Origin: Psammoneis japonica
Taxonomy: Eukaryota
DNA: 64,000 nt
Assembly: GCA_008632985.1 (NCBI GenBank)
Contig: QPGO01000090.1
Span: 248,001 to 312,000 of the forward strand
Direction of reading: 5' to 3'
Shown here: piece by piece, positions 24,560 through 36,639 of the stretch
How the letters are laid out: the number at the start of each line of letters is the position of its first letter
Position numbering within the stretch: the stretch's first letter is position 1
Notes under the pieces: generated by a model
Databases searched by the model: none
What the model was told of the DNA's origin: nothing
The model's input: only the letters and a program-made list of their open reading frames with translations
Translations under genes and position numbers: made by a program

Positions 24560-26444
24560 CTATTTTGCGGGTCGTCTTTGCATTTCTCTCCTCGCTTTGG
24601 CATCCTGCACCTTTAGCACCACTCCCACTACGCGACTTCGGATCGGTGAGGGCAATGCTTTCACCGTTCTTGTTATTCGTCCTTTACCCCAACGCTTCAT
24701 TGTCGCCAAGACGTCTCGGAATCGCACTCTTCCCTCTGTGTCAACAGCCGCTGGCATTCCAAAGTTTCTATCCAGCACCATACGTGCCGTTGGAGCCCAT
24801 TCTCGAGAAAGGCTCCAGGGAATGTTCAAACGATTCGAGAGACCTTTGATCAAAATCGATGATCTCCCCACAAGCACGAGATCCTGAGGGAAACTTTTGA
24901 GTTCCTTTACTGGCGAATTTGGGCTAAGTTCGCCTTTATCATAGCCACCAGGAAGCTCCTCGACAGACCCATCAAATAGCCACATTGCAACGGCTGCCGC
25001 AGCTTCATCCTGAGCATCTTCGTTTAGCTCCACTCCAAGCTCCAATGCCAGGTTCCCAATTAGCTCAAGATCTTCCGGGTTGGTGTCGGACTTGCGTGAG
25101 TCAAGAGCGTCCATAACCTTTGCAAGGGTCTCTCGACTTCTACCCGAAATTTGTTTTACTTGTCCAAAATCTATTAGGCCTATCTGCCCGTCCTCTAACA
25201 CGAATATGTTCCCGGGATGAGGATCTAGACAGGCAATTGTTCGAGAGAGACGCGTCAGCAGAACTGAGAAGGGACAATCACACCGGTAGTGGAAAACTGG
25301 ACCTACCTGCATGAAAGAAACCTGACTCCAAAATGGTGCGACCAAATACAGCTGTCAGCGCCGAAAGAAGTTTTCTTCCAAACAGCTTTGATTCCGGACT
25401 GTCAGGGTCGATCCCTTTCTTCAACATTTCTTCTCGTGCTCGTGACAAGGGTACGCCTTTAAGATAGTCCATGACAAGAACACGACGACTGACAAGGCCC
25501 GGTACAGGGCGAGGCATTACGAGTGGCACTTCGGCTGGAGCGGATCCGTCAGGCGTTCTTGAAACTGCTGTGTAGATGCGATCCATCGCAACAGCTTCGG
25601 CAACAAAATCAAATTCGTCGGCAAGCTGCGTTTCCAATTCCGCAAACACCGTGTAATAGTCCAGCGGGAGAGCATCTACTCCACGAAATGTCTTTGCGAT
25701 CGCTTTGAGGTTTGCAATGTCGCCGAGCAGCTTGGATTCGATTGAAGGACGCTGAATTTTTATTGCCACCTCCTTTGGTCCACCGTACTTTTCTGTTAGG
25801 ACTGCACGATGAACTTGTGCTATAGACGCAGCTCCCAATGGTTCCTCATCGAATTCGGAAAAGACATCTTCAAACTTCTCGTCCCTATTTAAGAGCTCCT
25901 GCTTGATGACGGCTTTGGCTAGTGCGGCTGGCATTGGGTCAACATTGTCGGTAAAACACGACAAAGCTTCTGTGTATTGTTTCGGGAATAGATCTTGCCT
26001 GCTTGATATGATTTGTGCAGTCTTTACATAGAATCCCTTGAGGGAAGCAATCGTCTCAGCCAGTTTCGAAGCCCCCTCGGCGTGCTTCAAGTCCCATATA
26101 CTTTCGATTTCCTCGTCACTCATTTTTTCGCCCAACAAGGACTTTCTCAACCATGTCTCTGCGAACACCCCGTAGTAGCTGGTAATTATCGGAATAGCAG
26201 TTGACCAAAAGGTAGCTGCGCGCTTCAGCCTGTCCACCTTGGAAAGTGGGGGAGGGAACTCTACGACTTCCTCGACAGTGTCATCTTGTACGGTCGCTGC
26301 TATCGTGGTTGTGGTTGATGAATCAAAGGCAGCAGTCGTAGCTGCAAACAAGGGAGTTGCCCCCCTGTTGCTTGGTGGGGCTAAGCCATTGGCGCTGCTC
26401 AACAAAAACCATGCCAACGGCAGAATCCTTGTAGAGACCTTCAT
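24560..26444 (-). CDS. ABC1/UbiB atypical kinase (ABC1K-like, probably plastid-targeted), 2 exons
   Basis: GFYVKTAQIISSR, PLGAASIAQVH, VAIKIQRP, FFHA-DPHPGN (split by an intron ~25229-25307), LIDFGQVK; N-terminal signal peptide. Confidence 0.92.
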
Positions 26445-26785
26445 GGCGGTGTCCGCTTCAATGGAAACTCAAACGACAGATGTGACAAAGAGAATGACGA
26501 CGACATCATGGGTAGAAGTAGGGCCCTACCTAACTGCGAGAAAAAGGCGCAGACAAAAAAGTGACTAGCTAGAGTAGACGTGAACGTTAAGTAATGATGA
26601 CGTCACTAAGAAATTTTTAATTAACACCCAGTCGGTGACGTGTTGACCGCCACCGCCGAACCCAACCACGACACACTCATCTTCATTCTTCAGAGAGCAT
26701 GAAGTGATTCTTCCATGTTGGGAGGCATCTCATAACTCATAAGTCGAACCTTTGTCTGTGACGCCGTTTTGCAACTGTATTCACA

Positions 26786-27214
26786 ATGATGCGCCTCTTT
26801 TCTGTCGTTCTTGTTGCCGTTATGGCCTTTTCTTCCTCTGCATTTGTTCCTCCTGAAGCTCCGAAGGCCTTTGTTCCAGCCAGATCTTCTGTTCCTCCAC
26901 CAAAGACTGTCGTGGAGGTTGCACCGACAATGTTTATTTACTGATCCATAAAGGTACGTGTTTCTGAGCAATAGCGTCGTTATTCTACTATTGTCTTGGC
27001 GTCGGAAAATCCAACATCCGTTTCGCCCGTTTCTGAAACTTAGACTGCCATGGACGCGGTCGCTTTTGGACTGGGGCAAACCGACGAGCTCAAAGGCACC
27101 GGTGTCTGGAGTGGTCTCAAGATCAAGCGCGAGCCAGACGACAAAGATGCTGACTCAGATAAGGCCACACCGGTGAAAAGTGGAGACAAAACCCCAGTTT
27201 CTAGTGGAAAATAA
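26786..27214 (+). CDS. Small putative plastid-targeted protein, 2 exons, with an in-frame TGA
   Basis: Not in the ORF track. MMRLFSVVLVAVMAFSSSAFVPP (signal peptide plus ASAFAP-like motif)...APTMFIY[TGA 26942-26944]SIK, intron GT 26954..AG 27043, then TAMDAVAFGLGQTDELKGTGVWSGLKIKR...stop 27212-27214. Confidence 0.6.
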
Positions 27215-27689
27215 GCGTGCAAGCACGCCACAATTGGAGTCCGAGACAGCCAATAGAAATTGATCGGGATTCATCGATGAATGACGAATAGCAGAAAGAT
27301 ATCTCATGGATGTGATTTTGTTATTCTGAAAGAATTGTTCCTGCTGCTTTTGATCATGCATCCTTGGTTTATTACCAGTCCAAAAGGGTGCAGTGCAAAC
27401 GTTGTCAAGAACTACGAGAATGTCCGTCTTTTTCAATGAACTGTAATGGACTCCACTGTAAAAATGTAATGGAAAAAACAATAATGGAAGCGCATCGAAT
27501 CCGTCAAGCTTGTAACAATAGCCACTTCTATCGTTACACACACCATTTACATACACACTGACTTGATTGATGCTTCATCAGTGTCCGTCTGTGTCTCCCC
27601 GCTGCCCCGAAAGCGGAGACAGTGCAGACGTCATGCAGTAGGACCCTAAGATGAGAGACATGGGGCTGTTAGCTCTAGCTAGCTAGATG

Positions 27690-30600
27690 GACGATGTGGT
27701 CTGGGTTGGTCATTTCCGGGTTGGGATGCGTTTGGCTCCCAGCTGGCCAATTGATTCCCTTTTTTCTACCATTTTTGGGTCATTCATTTCAAATGCTGGG
27801 GCGCCAGCCAGCCTTTCACGCAGCACCACATGTTGCTCACTGGGAGCCCTGTGCTGCACCTCAAGAAGAGACTCCACAAAGAATGTGCAAAAGGCTGAAT
27901 GTTGGAGTTTGACTCCAAAGCAAGAGGACTCAGACTCCATTGCTGTGCATTTCTGTAGCTCATGAGTCCCATTGAAGCCAAGTGCTGCCCATCCTGCGCC
28001 CAGGCTTCTCATTCTCTTGCTGACCAGCACGAGACACCTGGTGAGCTTCTTTTGGGCTCCATGGCATTTGATTGGCTGCAACATTGTCTGCACTTTGGCT
28101 GCTCATTTGCATCTCTTAGTCTTTTGTGACACCCACACTTTTGACTGGAGAGCTTTCATCAACTGCTCTCCAACTGCACATCAGTCTGCAAGCATGGCTG
28201 CTGCGCAACCTCTGAGCACTCTTTCCAAATGTCTGTGCAACACCTTGCAAGGACTGCCAACCCAGGTGGTGCACAGCTGCATTTGATGAGCTCAGTCAAC
28301 AACAGCACTTGTGTCTGTGTTTGGCATGTTGGTGTGTGTGTCTCAACAGTGCACGGTGCTCAGCCTGCGTCAACCCCAGCAGCAAATCATTTGTCTCTCT
28401 GTTTGTTGCACCAGAGACAAAATTTGATCGAGACACAACAAAAAATGGAGACAAGTGCAGAGAGACAGATGCAAAAAGACATTCCTGCAGACAGACAAAT
28501 GGAGGCAGTGACAAAGCCAACAGAGACATCAGAGACAAAAGCAGCAAGAGCAAAGAGAAGACAACTTTGTGGCCATTTCACCTCAATTGTTGCCACTCTG
28601 ACAACACAGTTGCTTGCATCACAAATCCTCATGCAGTGAAATGTGAGTGTCTGTTGCGCCGTTCATGGGGGGTGCAAAGTTTGGCCCACAAGCATCAAGT
28701 CTCATGGCCAGCTGTCACTTTTGCTGCAGCACAGTGCACGCTGCACACACATTTTTGGTTTTGTCTCCATCTGTCTTCATTGGAGACTGTTTTTTTTCAT
28801 TTGTCCATCTCCATCTGCCTCAATTTATTTCCCAACAGTTGGTTGGCCTTTGCTGACATGGTCAAGACAAAATGCCCAAGGTTCAAAAACAGAAGCAAGT
28901 TGCCAAATGAAAAGACTCCCTCACCCAACAATTTGGTGTGCACTCTGAGCAGAGACCCTTTTTTAACTCACCTGCATGGTGGCACATTTAAAGCAATCAT
29001 TTGTTCATTCTCAATGGCTGTTTTGCTGAAAAATTGTCACTCAAATGGGTGGGGTCGTGGACAAGTGTGAGCGTGGACAGCTTGTCAGAAAGTCTGTGAG
29101 AAAATTTGCCCTGTCTGTCCTGGCTGAAACTCTTTTTGCCATGCTCTCTCTCTTTCTCTTTCTCTTTAGTCTTTGCAAAGCTTTTTGCTTTTGACAGCTG
29201 AGAGCCAGCAGCTGACAGACAATGCAAAGCACCATGGTGCAACAAGGAAACTGCAAAGAGCAGAGATCACAATGAGGCCAAAAGCTGCAGTGGCAAATTG
29301 AAGGTCAAAAATGAGAAGGAAGAAACAAAACGAAGGTTGTCTCATTGCTGTTGCAGCTGCCAATGCTGCAGCAATGCCAACAGGAGACTGGTGCTGCATG
29401 CTTTCAGCACACTCAACCTGTTCATGCACCAGCAAAAAAGAGAAGCAGCCCCAGGATCACAGTGCTGGTGAAGAAAGTTGGCAACACCATGAAGCAGCAC
29501 CCAATGAAGCACAGCTGGTCATTGACCAACTTGGCTGACCAAATCTTTTAACAGAGACCAGTTGGTTTTTCCAACGCTGGCTGCAATGAGTTGCCAAAAC
29601 AAGCCAAAAGCACAAAGGGTGGGCTCCGCAGCTTCTCTGAAAAAAAGAGTGCTGAGATTAGAAAACAGAAAGGCTGAACGAAAAGAGCCGCACAGCTTTT
29701 CATTGGTGCTGGCAGAGTTGCAACACAAAATTGATTTGAGAGAAGATGTTGGGATCACTGTGTGAACAGGAGGAGCACTGGGACAAAAATCATCAGCTGC
29801 ACTTGTGCAGGGAAACTGAAAGCAGACACTGGCAACAAACAGCTCACAAAAGCTGAGAGAGAAAGCTTTTGGTGCTGGCTGCACAAATGGGGGCACAGAG
29901 ATTGGCTCATCAGCTTGCAAATTGCTTGTGTGCAGCCATGAGTGCGCTGGTTTTTGAACAGAAGATTCAGTGCAGCTGAACGAAAGAAGTGGAGAAAGTC
30001 AGCACATGAAGTTTTGGCAGCTGGCTGCCAAAATGATGGAAGTGACACTTGTCAACTTGGGCAAATCAATGTGTGCACACCATGGCACTGCATTCCAACA
30101 AGTGTCACTTTCTCCTTCTTTGGGTGTGCTGTGGCTCCCATCCATGATGTTTTTGTTGTCCTTTGGGTGGGCTGAGTGAGGATCTTTTGCATGGGTGCAG
30201 GCTTTGAGGCACCAGCTCATTTTTCAGCTTTGAATGTTGGGAGCCTTCTTTGCTCCTTTTTTGGAAAGGTTCAAAGCTGCGCTTGCCTCTTTTTCAAATG
30301 GGTGCACAAAACTGCACAGTCCAATTTTTGGGTGACAAAATTGCACCACTCACTTTTCAACCAAGTGTGCAAAATGGCACAGTCAGCTTTTCAAGTGGGT
30401 TCAAAAGTGCACCTTCTTCTTTTCAAGCAGGCTCAAGTTTGAAGTGCAGTTGGCTTCCAAAACTTGTCTCCTGCCAAACTGCACCTCATGTGCAGTGTGA
30501 GAGTTTTGCTCATCAATTGGTGTTGATGCACAAGCAACTTGTTGACAGTTGAAGTGCACTCAGACCGGCAATCATCCATGCATTAAAACACATTGGAGTC

Positions 30601-33330
30601 CTGAGCAGGCTGTCCTTCAAGTTTGCTTTAAAAACACCAATCATCAAGAACCAACCCACGCAAGCAAAGCATGTAAATCTTTGCACAGCCATCTTTGCTC
30701 CTTGCTGCGGAATCGAGAAAGAGCCACCCACCATTGCGATTCATTCTCTTGCCACATTCCTCTCAACCCACTCCCAACAAGAATGCTTGTTGTCCTTTTT
30801 GTCAGACAGTGATGCTGCATCACATTTTTTTCACAATTCTGGTTGCTGTTTGTCGCAGCACAAAGTCACAAAAGATTTCTTGTGCAACAGATGAGATTCA
30901 CTCGCATGGTGCCACGTCATTCCGCACAGCAGTTTTCACCACATCAGAACAAACAACAAACTGCTTCTTGCGTTCCTTGTCATTCAACAAATTCGAAGCG
31001 TGTGGGCGTGCAATTAATTGAGATTCACAGTGCTTGCCATGAGGATCTGCAAACCAAGCAGCTTGCCTCCACAAGTCACCTTTTTTGAAGAAAAACACTG
31101 GAGGCTCGGGTCTCCAGGGCCGGGCAAACTCATGAATCAAGGAAACAGCAAAAACACCCAATCCCAAATGGTTGCATGTCCTCGACTTTCCATGATCTCT
31201 GGGCACCTGGAGCTGTGCCATGAAAGCATCAGCCTCTTTGGCACTGTTGAACTGTGGCACCAATCCACGGTGGTGATCATCTTGTTCGGCAAGTTGACAT
31301 TCATCTGGAATCCAACGGCAAGCAACACGTTTGTCCAATGCCCAAATGTTGCCTTTTGGTTCATTGTCCAAATCAAGTTCAATGAAATGTGGCTGTTTCA
31401 CAACTTTGAAGCCGATTTGACCTGCGTCTTTTGAAGTCTCTTTGAACTCAAAATTTGGAAGCACCCACTTGTCGTCGTCATTGTCGTCACCATCTCGGTT
31501 GGCAAACGCAACATGTCCAAGCATTTTCTTGTTCTCTTTCCAAAGCTTTGGCATCCCATTGACCGTTTGTTGGATGACTTCATTGAAACCACTGATGTCC
31601 ACTGCATGGTGGCACACAACATCGTAAACTCCAATGAGGTTCTTTGGCAAGGTTGACTTGAAATGCCTGCCGGATCCATGCCACAGGCCTTCTGGACATT
31701 CGCACATGCACACCTCATCTTCCTTCAAGAGCCTTTCACAGTCATCCCTCATTTCTTGGAGCTCCTCCTCCTTTTTCTGTGTTTGGCATCGTCTTGCCTC
31801 CTTTGCAATGTTGCGACCTTCATCCATCTTGGGACAACACTCAAGACACTTTCCAACAGCCTGGTGTTGCTTGACATGCTCCACTGCTCCTTTCGGAATG
31901 CGCCCACATTCCGGATGGTTGGCACACTCCCATCCATTGAATGTTGTGTGTGGAGTGTCCCATTGAGTGACAGAAAAGTTGTCTTCTGTCTTTGTCTCAA
32001 GGCAGCTGCAGCACATTCTGGGCTCGGAAAGGAGAACAGCAAATTTTGCCTTCTTCTCAGCATGCTCTTTCTCTTGCTGCCTTTCTTTGGTGCAGCATTT
32101 CTCTTTTTCTTTTTCAAAGCACCAGTGGCACCGCGCTTCCTCTCCTTTCTTGGCTTTCCATTTTGACCTTGGTGAAATCACCGGCAGCAGTGTTGCAGTT
32201 GACGATGCACTGGAACATCCACTGCTTCATCTTCTGGACTTCAAAACATGGTTGACAAATTGCTTCCTCACCCTTTTTCGCTTTCCTTTTCTCACCCTTG
32301 GCAAAATCATCAGCTCTGGTCTTGCAGCAGCTGCATTCAAGCAACACGACCTGTTTGATGTGGTCGGGATGGGAGCCAACCTTTTGCTTCTTGTTGCGGT
32401 TGTTCGAAGCATGGCTTGGCCTCTTGTTGTCATTTCTTTCACTCATGGTGACTGCAGCTGTGTGATGGGGCCATGATGAGACTCTTGATGAAGATGCTCT
32501 GTGCTCTGCGATGGACGTCAACCCCACTGTGAAATTTTGTGGGTCCGTTGTGTTTTGAAAAATCCAACGAAAGCTAAAATCAGATCTGAGCAATTTCAAT
32601 GTTCCATTTTCCCACCCTTTTTCAAATTCCAAATTGCAGCTGTCCCTGAGAGACAGATCGCGTGATGCGTGATGCGCGGAATCAAATCTGCGACCTCATC
32701 GAATGATCTCCATGAGAAAAAGAAATGCACACGGGAGACAGTTTGTTGTTCTAGTTTTACCATGTCAGCTGCTGCATCACTGGCCCCGAGAGTTTGTCAT
32801 GCTCTGTTGCATCTGCAAGGCTTTGATGTTCACAAGACAGCCAAAGCTTTGTCTCATCCAACCCTTGACTGTGCCTGTTTGGACATGGAGGATGGCGCGG
32901 CACTGAACAAAAAGCAAGATGCCCAAGAAGGGATTCCACATGCCCTCAACAACATCAACTTTGGACAGACAGAACGATTGGTGAGAATCAATGGGTTTGA
33001 AACCAGTGATCTAGAAAAAAAGACTTGGAAGCTGTTGCACAGAACAAGCGAGTGTCCCGAAAAGCAAGACAAATGATCAAGTCACCGAAGAGTTGCTCGT
33101 CTCACCATGCGCTCTGAATCTGCTGACAGAGTTCTGCCAGACGGCATTGTGACACCAAAAGCAGAGTCTGCAGAAACAGCCCTTCCTGTGGCAGAGCACC
33201 TTGATGCCTTGGGTGATCGTGCAAACAATGTGCATGTCGTTTCCATGATTGAATCACCACAGGCCATGCTCAGCATGAAAGAAACATGCTCGGCGTGTCC
33301 GAGTCGAATGGATGCTGTCATTTTTGGAGG
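27690..33330. other. TpA- and CpG-depleted hypermutated domain 1
   Basis: No TA found by eye in ~28120-28825 or ~31627-32574; strong TG/CA excess. Confidence 0.9.
30898..32470 (-). pseudogene. Hypermutated gene with repeated CxxC zinc-binding units (Stc1-like)
   Basis: ECSCCKTRADDFAKGEKRKAKKGEEAICQPCFE, KAKKGEEARCHWCFE and CCSCLETKTEDNFSVTQW lie in two frames; Tyr nearly absent, Cys/His excess. Confidence 0.5.
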
Positions 33331-33720
33331 CGACGACTACGCGTCCGCTGTGGGTGCCACTAGAACAACGTCGAATGATGAGATGGAGTTTCCTCGAAAC
33401 TATTGCTTGATGCATGCGGCCGCATACGGATTGACTTTCGAGATGAAGAGCAGCTGGTTAGGGAATCATTAAGATCATTTCAGCAAGGCTTTTCTGGAAA
33501 GCAGGTTATACACCCAGCGCAGATTGCGCCGGTGCAAGAATCGTACTCACCAACAGAAGAATCAATCAAACATGCATCGGAAGTCGTCCGTGCCTTTGAA
33601 GAGCACCAAGAGGAAGGGAAGGGTGCGTTTAGCTTCAAAGGCCTGATGATTGACTTGCCAACGGTACTACAATACAAGCTGCTTCTAGAAAAAGCCCGTC
33701 TGATGGGACTTCACGAATAG
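32762..33720 (+). pseudogene. CitE/HpcH-HpaI (citrate lyase beta-like) gene with a degraded 5' half
   Basis: CLDMEDG, ERLVRING, DGIVTPK, MIESPQA, AVIFGGDDY, QGFSGKQVIHPAQI, GLMIDLP; frameshifts near 33.03-33.08 kb and ~33.43 kb. Confidence 0.8.
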
Positions 33721-33979
33721 CTCTCTCTAAAAGGTAGCCTTTACGGCACGAAGATACAGAATCTACTTATTCACTTTTCCAGTCTACCCTATGGAATTTT
33801 GAACCAGACGTTGCTCAACTTTGAAATGCGCAACATTTTGTTTCGACCATGCCTCCTCCTTCGCCGACCAGGATAAGATGGTCGGAAAGTGATCTCAGCC
33901 GCAAGACGATGATACTCCATGTTGCATGCCTGGAATGCCCCACCAAGCAACAGAAGCATAACGACCCATTCCAGACGCT

Positions 33980-35014
33980 TCATAGACCAGGAACAAAATG
34001 ATCGGGTCGCTTCCTTTTCCTACCAGCATGTCTGAAAGCAAATAGATCTGGCAAATCTTGAAGCAACGAGTAAAAAAGGCTCACAGTCGAGTCGTCCGTA
34101 CTGCTCGTCCCTACCCTGGCCAACACGTGCGCCCATAGACAAGGGTGTACGTTGTCTCGTGTCAACAGTTGCTTGCTCAGAAATTCCAAGATAATTGATG
34201 TCTCGTGGCGCCTTCCGTTTGAGATTGCACGATCCAATGGCGTGCGGCCACGCTCGTCGAGAGCATTTGCGTCGGCTCCGTGTTCGAGCAGCAACTTTAC
34301 CGTGCCTCCCCTGGCACAGTGTAACGGCGTGCATTCAGTTTCATCCGTTTCATTCACGCTCGCTCCATTCTGCAAAAGCGTGCGAGCCGTCTGAACTCTC
34401 CCACGTCTCGCAGAATGGTGAAGCGGTGTAAGATTTCCATATCTTGTCTTTGCATTTACGTCTGCCCCATTTCGTAAAAGAAACAAAATAATATCGCGCT
34501 GCCTTTCCACATCCGAATTGGTGACAATATGCAAAACAGTGTCGCCAAGGCTGTTTGTTTCGTCAACTCGGGCACCACCTGTCAGTAGAATTTGTGCGGT
34601 TGACACAAAGCCGTGCCTACACGCGAAGTGAAAGGGTGTTTCACGGTAGAGCTCACTATTTGCCAAACTTACTCCAGCGTCCAGTAACGCCTGAATCTTT
34701 TCGTCGCGGTCGCTTGTCGTCGAATAGAACATGACAAGAAAAATCGGTGAGGCATCATAATTGTCAGGAGACGTCGAATTGGGATTAGCGCCTAGTTGCA
34801 GGGCATGTCGCATATCTCCCGCAGTCCCTTGAATAATGGCCCTAACAAGGTTGCGAAAAAGAGTTGAAGGATGCAAAGGGTCCTCCATATTTGCCTTGAG
34901 GTGTACTACCGGTATGCTTACCGTATCATAGCTCACTGTCACCTGAGAATGTGCGTGCCGAGAGGCTTCCGACAGGTCGATAGGGGGATTTTGTCTCTTC
35001 CCCCACTGTTGCAT
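33980..35014 (-). CDS. Ankyrin-repeat protein (intact copy)
   Basis: TPFHFAC, GDTVLHI, TPLHHSA, TPLHCA, GRTPLDRA repeats; normal Tyr and TA content. Confidence 0.88.
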   Translation of the reverse strand: MQQWGKRQNPPIDLSEASRHAHSQVTVSYDTVSIPVVHLKANMEDPLHPSTLFRNLVRAIIQGTAGDMRHALQLGANPNSTSPDNYDASPIFLVMFYSTTSDRDEKIQALLDAGVSLANSELYRETPFHFACRHGFVSTAQILLTGGARVDETNSLGDTVLHIVTNSDVERQRDIILFLLRNGADVNAKTRYGNLTPLHHSARRGRVQTARTLLQNGASVNETDETECTPLHCARGGTVKLLLEHGADANALDERGRTPLDRAISNGRRHETSIILEFLSKQLLTRDNVHPCLWAHVLARVGTSSTDDSTVSLFYSLLQDLPDLFAFRHAGRKRKRPDHFVPGL

Positions 35015-35259
35015 GCTTTGTTTCCGTTATGATAGATGGAATTTAAGTGCCGAAAATCATATATGTGTTTTGCACCATCGGTTCGGGGGGGGGGTTAAAA
35101 ACTCTTTGCTGACTCACCGCCCGACACACCATCGGGTTTTGGAGTTTTTGATTCAGTACAGCAAGAGTTGCAGCGCCTTCCTTCCAAGAAGTAGGAGATA
35201 TAGGGCCCTACCTTGTAAAGATGGGGAACGGCCCGAGTTCCGAGTTTACACCCAAAGAC

Positions 35260-36585
35260 TCAAACATGCATCGGAAGTTGTTGATGCCTTTCAAGAGCAC
35301 CAAAAGGAAGGGAAGGGTGTGTTTGGCTTCAAAGGCCTGATGATTGACATGCCAACAGCACTGCAGTGCAAGCTGCTTCTAGAAAAAGCCCATCTGATGG
35401 GACTTTGCAAGAGCAGCTCTCTCCAAAAGGCAGCCTTTGTGGCACGAAGACACAGAATCCACTTGCTCACTTTTCCAGGCTGCCCTGTGAAATTTTGAAC
35501 CAAATGTTGCTCAACTTTGAAGAGTGCAACATTTTGTTTTGACCATGCCTCCTCCTTCGCTGACCAGGACAAGATGGTCGGAAAGTGATCCAAGCAGAAA
35601 GACAACAACATGAGGCTGGAATGCAAACACCAAGCAACAGAATCAGAATGACCCACGCTGAATGCTTCACACACCTGATTGGGTTGCTTCCTTTTCTGAC
35701 CAGTCGGCCTGAAATCAAGTGGACATGGCAAATCTTGAAGCAACAAGCAAAACAACGAGCTCGCAGTCAAGTCATCTGTGCTGCTGCTTGTCCCCACCCT
35801 GGCCAACACGTGCACCTGCAGACAAGGGTGCACGTTGTCTCGTGCCAACAGTTGTTTGCTCAGAAATTCTAAGACAATTGATGTCTTGTGGCACCTTCCT
35901 GATGAGATTGCAAGATCCAATGGCGTGCGCCCATCATTGCTGTCGAGAGCATTTGTGTTGGCTCTGTGTTCAAGGATCAACTTCACTGTGCTTCCCCGGG
36001 CACAGTCCATGCAACGGCATCAACCCAGTGTCATTGGTTTTATTCACACTCACTTCATTCTGCAAAAGCATGAGAGCCGTCTCAACTCTCCCACTTCTTG
36101 TGGCAAAGTGAGTCGGTGTGCAACCCCCATCCGTTGTCTTTGCATTTGTGCCTGCTCCATTCCTCACAAGAAACAAAATCATTGCCACTCTTTCCTCATC
36201 CAAAGATGTGACATCATGCAAAATAGTGTTGCCATTGCTGTTTCTTTTGTCAACTTGGGCACCACCTGAGAGTGGAATTTGTGCAATTGACACCTTGCCA
36301 AACCTGCGCGCAAAGCCAAAGGGTGTGCAGCCAAAACATTCTGTTGTCAAACTTGCTCCGGCATCCAGCAACACCTGAATCTTTTCCTGTGGTCGTTCAC
36401 ATGTGGATTGCATGTGACAAGAAAAATTGGAGTGGAGCAACCAGCAAGACATGGCGAATTTGGATCAGCACCTGGTTGCAGGACATGTTGCACATCTCCC
36501 ACAGTTCCATCCATGACAGCCCTCATTGGGCAACAAAAAAGAGTTGGACATGTGAAAGATCCTCCATGTTTTGCTTGAGGGGTGT
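35260..36585. pseudogene. Tandem duplicate of the CitE 3' end plus ankyrin gene (copy of ~33566-34905), hypermutated
   Basis: Colinear alignment starting TCAAACATGCATCGGAAG; differences dominated by TA->TG/CA and CG->TG/CA; frameshifted ankyrin ORFs. Confidence 0.9.
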
Positions 36586-36639
36586 GTGGAGCGCCAATGG
36601 ATGGTCATTGACCACTCAGTGGTCAGTGATTGCATGAAT

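Noticed and set aside
27585..27690. GC-rich hairpin followed by CTAG repeats as a Helitron 3' end at the domain boundary
   Set aside because: Hairpin-to-CTAG spacing is long and no Rep/helicase or 5' end could be identified.
27687..30900. Many Cys/His-rich ORFs suggesting metal-binding proteins
   Set aside because: Explained by loss of TAA/TAG and TG/CA excess; no recognisable domain.
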